Origin: Octopus bimaculoides
Taxonomy: Eukaryota
Direction of reading: 5' to 3'
Length of the DNA: 42,038 nucleotides
Assembly (NCBI RefSeq): GCF_001194135.2
Contig: NC_068982.1
Coordinates: 12,310,631-12,352,668, forward strand
The translations under genes and the position numbers were made by a program. Each line of letters begins with the position of its first letter. Within the stretch, counting starts at the first letter, position 1. Below the pieces are notes generated by a model that did no database searches, was not told the origin of the DNA, and saw only the letters and a program-made list of their open reading frames with translations. Positions 11,662 through 21,693 of the stretch are shown here, one piece after another.

Positions 11662-11834
11662 GAACCTTAATCCACCCTCAACTTTAATACCACTACCTGG
11701 CCCTTGGGTATCTTTAGCAGGAATCAATCTGTTGAAATTATTCAGGTTTGGGTTTGGTCTGAGAATAACTCCATCCTTCCTTTCTTTCCATTAATCATGG
11801 AGGATCTGAAAAAAATCTTTGAAAAAATTATACA
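11662..11834. repeat. Inverted repeat arm A'
   Basis: Reverse complement of 9046-9217. Confidence 0.9.
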
Positions 11835-13179
11835 AAAACCAAAAAGCAAGGAAAATATCATTATTCAAATAGCAAATTGTAAACCACTCGATTATCCTCT
11901 CAAACATAGAAATTTGCTTTTGTATCAACACTGTCAGACTTATAGAAATACACTTGTATTATGTACATATTTTGACTGTATCTAAATTAATTTATAGAGA
12001 AAATTTTTGGAAAAAATGTAAATTTATTTTATTTTATGTATTACCATGTAATCTTTTAAAAGGTAAAGAACTTTTAGACTTTCAGTGAAATTCTTTTAGA
12101 TTGTATTCCACTTGATTAAAATTAGCATTTCGTAACCATTGAAGCCCAAGGATATTTTCAGTGCATTGACATAATTCTAATTTGCTTATTTTTGAAAAAA
12201 ACATCTGTTGAAGTTTTACTGTTAATTACAGTAATGTTAGCATTTCTTTTTTTTTTTTTTTTTTTTTTNNNNNNNNNNNNNNNNNNNNNNNNNNNNNNNN
12301 NNNNNNNNNNNNNNNNNNNNNNNNNNNNNNNNNNNNNNNNNNNNNNNNNNNNNNNNNNNNNNNNNNNNNNNNNNNNNNNNNNNNNNNNNNNNNNNNNNNN
12401 NNNNNNNNNNNNNNNNNNNNNNNNNNNNNNNNNNNNNNNNNNNNNNNNNNNNNNNNNNNNNNNNNNNNNNNNNNNNNNNNNNNNNNNNNNNNNNNNNNNN
12501 NNNNNNNNNNNNNNNNNNNNNNNNNNNNNNNNNNNNNNNNNNNNNNNNNNNNNNNNNNNNNNNNNNNNNNNNNNNNNNNNNNNNNNNNNNNNNNNNNNNN
12601 NNNNNNNNNNNNNNNNNNNNNNNNNNNNNNNNNNNNNNNNNNNNNNNNNNNNNNNNNNNNNNNNNNNNNNNNNNNNNNNNNNNNNNNNNNNNNNNNNNNN
12701 NNNNNNNNNNNNNNNNNNNNNNNNNNNNNNNNNNNNNNNNNNNNNNNNNNNNNNNNNNNNNNNNNNNNNNNNNNNNNNNNNNNNNNNNNNNNNNNNNNNN
12801 NNNNNNNNNNNNNNNNNNNNNNNNNNNNNNNNNNNNNNNNNNNNNNNNNNNNNNNNNNNNNNNNNNNNNNNNNNNNNNNNNNNNNNNNNNNNNNNNNNNN
12901 NNNNNNNNNNNNNNNNNNNNNNNNNNNNNNNNNNNNNNNNNNNNNNNNNNNNNNNNNNNNNNNNNNNNNNNNNNNNNNNNNNNNNNNNNNNNNNNNNNNN
13001 NNNNNNNNNNNNNNNNNNNNNNNNNNNNNNNNNNNNNNNNNNNNNNNNNNNNNNNNNNNNNNNNNNNNNNNNNNNNNNNNNNNNNNNNNNNNNNNACTTC
13101 CTTGACTTTACAAACAAATGCATGAAATTTTGATACAATATAAAGGACATAATGGAAATTAATATGCACAGGTCAAATT

Positions 13180-13390
13180 TTGCAACACCTCTACATCACA
13201 TATGAAAAATGACCTTGCTTAAATGGCAGCCATTTTCGGCTTCATTGCACCTGTGTTCTATCCAAGACTTGCACCATAACACCCCCAAGAGTTTCAGACC
13301 CCACTTCTCTGATTTCTCTATTGATGTTATCCTTCAGTTGCATGTGGGCTCCAGTTTGTTGATATAAACTCTGTCTTTCAGGTATCCATG
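13180..13390 (-). pseudogene. Tc1/mariner transposase C-terminal remnant (inverted copy)
   Basis: MQLKDNINREIREVGSETLGGVMVQVLDR; homologous to the + strand copy at 13585-13720. Confidence 0.75.
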
Positions 13391-13720
13391 ATTGAGACCT
13401 TTTTGTGCCCGGCCATTCAAAGTAGACCCCACACATGGTCCCAGCAAGATTGGACAACTGCTCATACTGCAAGAGAAACAATGCAGTTGCTACGGCAGTG
13501 CTTTGGAGAGAGAATAATCTCCCACTATGGCAATGTCAACTGGCCTTCACGTTCCCCAGACTTGACTAGCCTGGATTTTTACTCGTGGGGATACATGAAA
13601 GAGAGGGTTTACATCAACAAACCAGAGACCCTGGTGCAACTGAAGGAGAACATCAATAGAAGTAGGGCCTGAAACTCATGAGAGTGTTATGGTGTAAGTA
13701 TCATGAAAAGCCTGGCTGGA
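13391..13720 (+). pseudogene. Tc1/mariner transposase catalytic-domain remnant
   Basis: WSQQDWTTAHTA...WPSRSPDLTSLDFYSWGYMKERVYINKPETLVQLKENI matches QQDGATAHT / WPPRSPDL..LDF motifs. Confidence 0.9.
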
Positions 13721-13886
13721 GGCCCAACCTTCTGAGTTTTTATACAGGGCTTAGAAAAACTGAAGGACCACTGCAATAAGTGTGTGAATCTGAGAGGGGT
13801 ATATGTTGAATAGAATCATAATTACCTGGTCCTCTTGTATTTTCTTTTACCTAAAGCAAAGAACTTTTCAACAATACCCCCTCGTA
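13700..13886 (+). mobile_element. Mariner-derived MITE lacking its 5' TIR
   Basis: Encodes GLEKLKDHCNKCVNLRGVYVE* (mariner C-terminus); ends TTTTCAACAATACCCCCTCGTA; homologous to 26211-27097. Confidence 0.8.
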
Positions 13887-13982
13887 GATATACATATATA
13901 TTTATATATGTATATACTGTTGTGTCTGGGGAGAGTCATTCTCTTTTAGCAACACACTCATTTCCACTTATTTCTTTCTTAT

Positions 13983-14077
13983 TTTTCTAAAATTTTCATT
14001 GAGTCTTGCAACCTTTTCAATAGTTTTCACTTAAAACTTTTGAAAAGGTTGCAAGACGCAATGGAAATTTTAGAAAA
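13983..14077. repeat. 95-nt near-perfect hairpin
   Basis: 45-bp stem with 3 mismatches; loop CACTT at 14028-14032. Confidence 0.9.
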
Positions 14078-14240
14078 GGGATTAAGTCGATTACGTCGAC
14101 CCCAGTGTTTCATTGGTACTTAAATTATCGACCCTGAAAGGTTGAAAGACAAAGTCAACCTCAGTGTAATTTGAAGACAGACGAAATAATGCTAAGCATT
14201 TTGCCCGGCATGCTAATGATTCAGCCAGCTCGCCACTTTC
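14078..14240 (-). mobile_element. Family C SINE
   Basis: Reverse complement of the family C core, with an internal deletion near the B-box. Confidence 0.85.
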
Positions 14241-14242
<2 letters not shown>

Positions 14243-14283
<41 letters not shown>

Positions 14284-14302
14284 TAATAATGATAATGATA
14301 AC

Positions 14303-14354
<52 letters not shown>

Positions 14355-14368
14355 GTAATAATAATAAT
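14243..14368. repeat. (AAT)n microsatellite
   Basis: Visible. Confidence 0.95.
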
Positions 14369-14690
14369 AAAAAACTTTCAAAATACAAAGACCTGGAAAT
14401 AGAGATAACTCGAATGTGGAATCTAAAAACAGAAACAATTCCTATCATAGTAGGTGCCTTAGGTATAATAAAAAAATATTCAGACAAATACATAACAAAA
14501 ATACCTGGACTTACAAATATATATAACATACAGAAAATTGCACTACTGGGTACTGCACACATTCTACGCAAAACACTTTCAATACAGTAAACATAAGAGC
14601 ACCACAGCAAACCACAGCACATACCCAAGGCGCACAGAGCTGCGCTCAGTAGTGAAGTGAAAGCACATTATAAAAATAAAACTACTGAAC
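14369..14690 (+). mobile_element. 5'-truncated R4/Dong-clade non-LTR retrotransposon (end of RLE domain plus 3' UTR)
   Basis: KKLSKYKDLEIEITRMWNLKTETIPIIVGALG...IQKIALLGTAHILRKTL*; (AAT)n on both sides. Confidence 0.85.
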
Positions 14691-14709
14691 AATAATAATA
14701 ATAATAATC

Positions 14710-14915
14710 CTTTCTACTAGAAGCACAAGGCCTCAAATCTGGGAGAAGGGATTAAGTTGATTACGTCGACCCCAGTGTTTCACTGGTACTTAATTTATCG
14801 ACCCCGAAAGGTTGAAGGGCAGAATCAACCTCGGCAGAATTTGAACCCAGAACGTGAAGACAGACGAAATAATGCTAAGCATTTTGCCTGGCATGCTAAC
14901 GATTCTGCCAGCCTG
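14710..14915 (-). mobile_element. Family C SINE
   Basis: Complete copy in reverse orientation. Confidence 0.9.
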
Positions 14916-15314
14916 CTGCTTTGATGATGGCAACAACAGATGATAATGATGATGATGATGATGATGATGGTGATGGTGGTGGTGGTGGTGGTGGTGAGTA
15001 GTAATCTCAACTACTTCAATCAATTCTATTTGAGTAGAAATATGATAAAAGTGATAGACAATCAAACAAAGAGTTTTGATTGATATCTCTAGCTGCTGCC
15101 ATTTCCATGTTTGTTAGAATTGTTCTCTTAGGATTTAGAACTTGCAGAATATTGGCCCTCGTTTAAAAATATATAAAAACAAAACATTGTAGAGTCTAAT
15201 TGTCTTGCCCATGGGTAGCCTTGATTAATTATACCTTTAATCAAAATCATTCTACCCAGGACCACCTAATCTGTTTACACATCCAAAACTAATTGGTCCA
15301 ATGTGTCCTTCTTG

Positions 15315-15480
15315 TTTTAAGGTGGTGAGATGTGATTCGATACAGATTTACTATTTCTAGCAGGTCAAATAACATGTATAGTCAGGTAGTGAAAGCCTGT
15401 ATATGGTTGCTCAGCCCACTAGAAATAGCATCCATTTCTTGTTCAAATCACACATCAACATCTTTTTAAATTGAGAGACA
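15315..15480. repeat. Inverted pair of family E repeat fragments
   Basis: CTATTTCTAGCAGG / CCACTAGAAATAG and TGTGATT / AATCACA; the family recurs near 27130 and 32450. Confidence 0.65.
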
Positions 15481-15522
15481 TATTGAACAATATAGTTCCA
15501 TAGTACTGCCAGATTGGCCCTC

Positions 15523-15712
15523 ATGCTGGTGGCGTGTAAAAAGCACCCACTACACTCTCGGAGTGGTTGGCGTTAGGAAGGGCATCCAGCTGTAGAAACT
15601 CTGCCAGATCAGATTGGAGTCTGGTGTAGCTATCCAGTTCGCCAGTCCCCAGGCAAATCGTCCAACCCATGCAAGCATAGAAAGCAGATGTTAAACGATG
15701 ATGATGATGATG
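15523..15712 (+). mobile_element. Family B RTE tail/SINE
   Basis: Same motifs as 2744-2955, with (GAT)n tail. Confidence 0.85.
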
Positions 15713-15984
15713 GAGAGACAAGATGGCCACAACTGGAAAGCTTTTCATCATAGGTTGTTTCACTCTGGGATAATCTGGAGCGAAGCTACTAATATACCAA
15801 TAGCAACAATCTCTAAAAAGTTATTTGCAGAGCATTTAGCTATTACATCCAGCACATCAACCAGTTACTTTTAAAATGACTGTGAAGACATAGCTTGCCT
15901 AATATTTATATATAGAGCGAGAGAAGTCGATATCATATATGCACATATGAATACACACACACATTCTTACTGGCATATATTTAT

Positions 15985-16017
<33 letters not shown>

Positions 16018-16768
16018 ATATCTTTTGCCAGAGTATATTTGCAAAGGATATGAATATCAGTAAGAAACTAGAAAACTGACAATCTCTTAGCTTGAGATGT
16101 GTAAAAAATGGGGGAACCATAATACTACATACTCATGCTACATGCTGGACTTAGAAATACCAGCCAGTTTTTCCTCATATATCAAAATTCATGGATTACT
16201 ATATACAAAGATATTAACTTTCACTGCAAATGTAAATTAAATAAATTTGTTAGACATACAAGATAACTGTAAATGGCTGTTATGTTTATAAAATCTCACT
16301 ATGAACAGGAAAAAGTGACTAACTGGAAGTCAGCATTTCAATTATTCTTATAGTTTCACCAGCAATTGATATGCTACATTTTACTGCTACCACAAAACTG
16401 TATTTATAGGGATTGTTTAGGATATTGCCCCTTATTTAAAAATCTATAAAAACAAAGCACTTTTGTATATTTGACACATTTTCAACTGTTATTTCTGTTA
16501 TGTGAATTACTAACATGCCAGCAGTGATTATTTTTCATTCTATAGTATACTATGAGGTATACCCAAAGTATTTACTCATCACTGCATTCATAAATTAAAC
16601 AAGTTTACTAGATGTTTACATTAGACGTACATGTCCGTTACGTTTATACAATCTTGCCATGGACAGTAAAAGAGGAACCAAATAGCTACTACTATTTCAG
16701 CCTGTTCCTATAGTTTCATTACTAATTGATTACTCTCCATTTTACTAATACTATGAAACTGTATTTAA

Positions 16769-16990
16769 CCCTTTTGATACCAACCTGTCTGAAACCACCT
16801 CTGGCTCTGTGGTACAAATGTCTTGTTTCCAAAAATTCTGAATTAAAATCTTCCACTAAATCTTAGTCACAATTTATGTTCTCAACACTAGCTTAATGAT
16901 AACTAAGTTATTTTACTAAATTCTTTGTTATATTTGAAATTAATTGAAAGAAAGACAGAGCATCTCAACAGAAATATGGTAACAAAAGGG
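16769..16990 (+). mobile_element. piggyBac-like MITE (family P1), 222 bp
   Basis: TTAA|CCCTTTTGATACC ... GGTAACAAAAGGG|TTAA: 13-bp TIR (1 mismatch) and TTAA TSD. Confidence 0.9.
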
Positions 16991-17199
16991 TTAAATGAGT
17001 AGGTGGTGATTGGCAGAGTTGTTAGAACACTGGATAAAATGACTTGCAGTTATTAAGTACAACCTTGTATGTTTGGAGCTCAATTCTCATTGAGATCGAC
17101 TTTGCCTTTTGTCCTTTCAAAACCAATAAAATAAAGTAACATTAATTTTAAACAACTATATTTCTTCAAAATATGTGGTTTTGCTCCCACGCTAGAAAT

Positions 17200-17560
17200 C
17201 CTTTAAATAATTCTGTCGACTTCCCATTCCACTCATGGTATATGAAAATGCAATATTTCGTTGATTCTCACTATTATAATTATTAACACTGATTCATTTG
17301 TTCAATCCCTGAATGACAGCATCCCTCTAATAATAATACAGATGGATGGATTCAATTCCCAGAAATTTCTAGTAAAAGCAATAATAGTTTTCTTAACAAT
17401 TATTCGATGATACTTCAATATCACAATAGCAATACTGTCTTTCTCAAGTGACTTTCTTGAATTCTTTGTCTCTAAAGTCTTTATAATCTCTTTATCACCC
17501 AGAGCAGTCTCTGTAGCTTTCTTAATCTATATTTGTGATAATTTCTGATTGAATGTTTCA
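17200..17560 (-). pseudogene. Very degenerate RTE-like LINE remnant
   Basis: IIAFTRNFW...FRD*TNESVL resembles RTE 'I.AFE..C.RRIL.I.W.D..TN..VL'. Confidence 0.35.
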
Positions 17561-18903
17561 TTCACTATCAGCGATCTGTTAAGAAGTATATCAAAATACT
17601 CTATCCTTGATAAGTAATCTCTTTAGAACCTGAAATGCTTCTAAAATAATTACATGATTCCACAGGCATAAATGCTATTGATAAATTTCATATCTTATTA
17701 AGGAGATACACTTCTTATTAAGTATCAAGAATTTCTAATATTGCTAATTGCACAAATGTATCTGATTCAATAGTCCCTCATTTATCTTAAAGATCACGTA
17801 ATCCTCTGTAAAACAATGATATGACAAGTATTAGATGTAAGCATAGTCTTTAAGACATTTCTTAAAAGTTAAAATTTCTACAAAGATTCTAGTAATTAAA
17901 GAAGTCTGTACATTGAGGTTTTCATTCAAATGATGTGCTATCTTGACAATACTTATCACACCAGCCTCCTCTGTCACCCTTTCCATTTTTTAATTTTCTT
18001 ATTTGTCAGTTATTTTTCATAGTTTACACATAGCTTACACTGCAGGACATTTCACTCATCTGCTATCGACTGACAATCACTACAATTTCAGCATTCTTCG
18101 ACAGCCTCACTCTCTTCCTTTCTCTCTCTCTCTCTCCTCATTTCTCTCACAAGCAGTGTCAAGCAACATCGATGCTATCAGTGAATGTCCAGGTTATTTT
18201 GGCACAGACTGTAGTATCCTTTCTTCCTCTCTTATCCATTCATCCATCGCATCAAACTGGGGGCAAGTAATAATCATTCCAACTATGCAGAAACAATTTT
18301 GTTTTACTACTTGCTAAGGATTTGTTCTTTGCTCTTTCCTCTCGCATGCCATATATATTTAATGGAGCTTACTCAAAGCTTAACGTCAATATGCTACATT
18401 TGGAACACATAAATATGTCATTCACATTCAAAATGCTTCTTTCCCAGTTTTCTCGAGTACCTATCCTTCTCTCTTATTTTCATATTCAAATTTTCTTTGA
18501 TTCTAATGGGAATTTAATTCAAAAATTCGGTACTTTAAGGGAAATAAAAAATCAAGGAAAATATTTTCTTCCCTTCTCATTTTACTCCAGTAATACTCAT
18601 ACATAAGGAGGTCAATGATTGGCATGAAAATGCATCGTAGTAGCCTTAAATGAATTATGTTTTGGCTTCTTTCACTGCAGAATATAACTATAGCTATTCT
18701 GGTTGCCTTTGCAATGACATTTCGAAATGTCAATATCTATTATTACTCTGGTGTTAAAATCTAGGAGAATTATTTGGTCATCAATTATACAATAATATTA
18801 TACTTCTTTATATCCTAATCTATGACAAATTTATCACATACTCCCTCATGTTGCATACATACTCTCTTCAAATACAACCAGCATCAGTATTTGTACCTGA
18901 TAT

Positions 18904-18908
<5 letters not shown>

Positions 18909-18986
<78 letters not shown>

Positions 18987-19177
18987 TGTGTGTGTGTGTA
19001 TCTTGGTTTACATGAATAACTAAAGACATTTGTACAGTTAAGCAGAAATTACAAATTGTCTGTTGCTCTTTCTCCCCTTCTCTCCCCTCTCTCTCTTCCT
19101 TTGTCTCTCTTTCTGTAATTGTGTAATGTATGTGTATGTATATATATATACATATATATGTAAATATATATGTGTGT

Positions 19178-19220
<43 letters not shown>
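18909..19220. repeat. Compound (CA)/(TA)/(TG)/(CT) microsatellites
   Basis: Visible. Confidence 0.9.
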
Positions 19221-19221
<1 letters not shown>

Positions 19222-19257
19222 GTATTTATACATATGTGTGTATTCATAAAGACACAC

Positions 19258-19700
19258 ATCATCATCATGATCATGATCATTGTTTAACATCCGCTTTCCA
19301 TGCTGGCATGGGTTGGACAGTTTGACTGAAAACTGGTAAGCCGGGGGGCTACACCAGGCTCCAATCTGATTTGGCAAGGTTTCTACAGCTGGATGCCCTT
19401 CCTAACACCAACCACTCAAAGAGTGTAGTGGGTGATTTTTATGTGAGGCCGGCACAGGTGCCAATGACCTGACACCAGCATCGGCCATGACAACGGTCTC
19501 ACTTGACTTAACAGGTCTACACAAGCATGGTATATCACCAAAGGTCTTGGTCACTTGTCACTGCCTCCATGAGGCCCAATGCTCAAAGAGTGCTTTCTAT
19601 ATGCCATCAGCATGAGTGCCAGTCAGATGGCACTGGCATTGACCACACCTATGATTTCACTTGGTTCAACAGGTCTTCACAAGCACAGCATACCGCTGGT
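19258..19700 (-). mobile_element. Longer family B RTE tail/SINE
   Basis: Reverse of the family B tail plus an upstream segment with an internal repeat (CACTTG..AACAGGTCT.CACAAGCA twice). Confidence 0.8.
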
Positions 19701-19840
19701 TTGCTACCCTGGCTTGACATGGCTTGGCAGGAGGGTGCAATCCTTGATACACTTAACCAGGCGTAGTTATGTCAACTGCATCGACCCCAGTGCTGAACTA
19801 GTAGCGATGATAAACAAATTGAAATAGCTTACAATATAAA

Positions 19841-20038
19841 CTCTTACTCTTTCACTTGTTTCAGTCATTTGACTGTGGCCATGCTGGAGCACTGCCTTTA
19901 GTCGAGCAAATCAACCCCAGGACTTATTCTTTGTAAGCCTAGTATTTATTCTATCGGTCTCTTTTACCAAACCGCTAAGTTACGGGGACATAAATACACC
20001 AGCATCGGTTGTCAAGCGATGTTGGGGTGGGGGGATAA

Positions 20039-20073
<35 letters not shown>

Positions 20074-20339
20074 CGACAGGCTTCTTTCAGTTTCCGTCTA
20101 CCAAATCCACTCACAAGGTTTTGGTCGGCCCGAGGCTATAGTAGAAGACACTTGCCCAAGGTGCTACGCAGTGGGACTGAACCCGGAACCATGTGGTTCG
20201 TAATCNNNNNNNNNNCCCCAGGACTTATTCTTTGTAAGCCTAGTATTTATTCTATCGGTCTCTTTTACCAAACCGCTAAGTTACGGGGACATAAATACAC
20301 CAGCATCGGTTGTCAAGCGATGTTGGGGTGGGGGGATAA

Positions 20340-20374
<35 letters not shown>

Positions 20375-20535
20375 CGACAGGCTTCTTTCAGTTTCCGTCT
20401 ACCAAATCCACTCACAAGGTTTTGGTCGGCCCGAGGCTATAGTAGAAGACACTTGCCCAAGGTGCTACGCAGTGGGACTGAACCCGGAACCATGTGGTTC
20501 GTAATCAAGCTACTTACCACACACCCACTCCTATG
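19841..20535 (-). mobile_element. Family A SINE, shown twice across a 10-N gap
   Basis: 19915-20205 appears identical to 20216-20506. Confidence 0.9.
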
Positions 20536-20807
20536 TCTGTGAAAGAAATTCTGAAAGTTAGAGTTAAAAAGACTGACAGATATTAACAACATATTCTCTA
20601 TTTTCTAATAATTTCTGATAATTATTTTCTGATAATTTCTAATATTTTCTCACAAATTTCTGATAATATGATAACGATGTACTGGCAATATTGAATTCAT
20701 GTAATATTTGTGACTTATTTTTTATATTAATTTATATTGTATTTGGTGTTGTTAATTATAGATTTTCAATGGAATATTCACTTATTCAATACATTGCTGA
20801 TGTGAAG

Positions 20808-21110
20808 AGATGTGATTTAGTGGTTAGGATATTCAGCTCATGATTGTAAGGTTGCAGGTTCAATTCCTAGTCCCCCCACTGTATCTTTGAGTAAGACTCT
20901 TATTTCTCTTAGCTTCACTCCACTCGGTTGGCAAAAATAAATCATACCTGTTATTCAAAATAACCAGCCTCACCCCATTTCTGTGTCACTCTAAATCTCC
21001 AAAAGAACTTCAGGAGTACTCAGCCACTTGCACATTAATTCCAAAAGCAGGTTGTTTCGTTTATTGGATCAGCTGGAACTCTTATCTTCATAACCAACGG
21101 AGTGCCAGAT
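20808..21110 (+). mobile_element. tRNA-derived SINE, family D
   Basis: TTAGTGGTTAGGATATTC...GGTTCAATTCC head; CTTTGAGTAAGAC core; 3' ACCAACGGAGTGCCA. Confidence 0.75.
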
Positions 21111-21121
21111 TTGTAGTGAAG

Positions 21122-21298
21122 ACACATGGCTTAGTGGTTAAGGTATTCAGCCCATGATTCTTAGGTCATGAGTTTGATTCCTGGTGGTGCATTGTATCCT
21201 TAAGCAAGACATTTTATTTCATGCTATTCCAGTTCATTCAGTTGGTAAAAATGAGTTGTACCTGTATTTCAAAGGCCCAGCCTTGTCACATTCTGAAG
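21122..21298 (+). mobile_element. Family D SINE, 3'-truncated by the next element
   Basis: Same head and CCTTAAGCAAGACA core; stops at CACATTCTG. Confidence 0.75.
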
Positions 21299-21693
21299 AA
21301 AAATGCCCCTGTTATTTGAATACTATACAAAGGAGGAATTTCAGCCATGTTTCGTGGTCTGCTACCACAACAGCTCCTTTATAGGATCCAGTTAGCTCAA
21401 GACATCATCAGGAGGAACCACGTCCGGTTTCGGCCCCTACTCCTCTACCGTTTTGACGTGGCGGGGCCCCTCCTTTCGGAGGTGTCTTCAGCTCTGGTGT
21501 TGGGTGTATGTCTTCTTTCTTCTATTCCCTGGCCTCTTCGATGCAGCATCAACGAGTGTCAGCGTTTACCAAAATTTAATTTTTCAATAATTTTTCAAAA
21601 ATTTATTATTCATATTTACTGTTGAAAAGATCACAAGGATCGAAACCGGTTCTGTAATGTTCTTTATAAAAGTATTTTAGCATTTTCTACTTT
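21299..21693. mobile_element. Putative Penelope-like element terminal region (GC-rich, structured, hammerhead-bearing)
   Basis: GC-rich island with hammerhead motifs on both strands; runs into a gap; no ORF homology seen. Confidence 0.55.
21616..21657 (+). ncRNA. Minimal type I hammerhead ribozyme, U3-A8 variant
   Basis: UUACUG-UUGAAAA-GAUC[ACAAG]GAUC-GAAA-CCGG-UU-CUGUAA: stem I 5 of 6 bp, stem II 4 bp, palindromic stem III. Confidence 0.7.

Noticed and set aside
19915-20506. Apparent 291-bp perfect tandem duplication
   Set aside because: Identical copies either side of a 10-N gap are the typical signature of an unmerged contig overlap.
21347-21625. 92-aa ORF over the GC-rich element
   Set aside because: No RT or GIY-YIG motif; openness is explained by the higher GC of the structured repeat.
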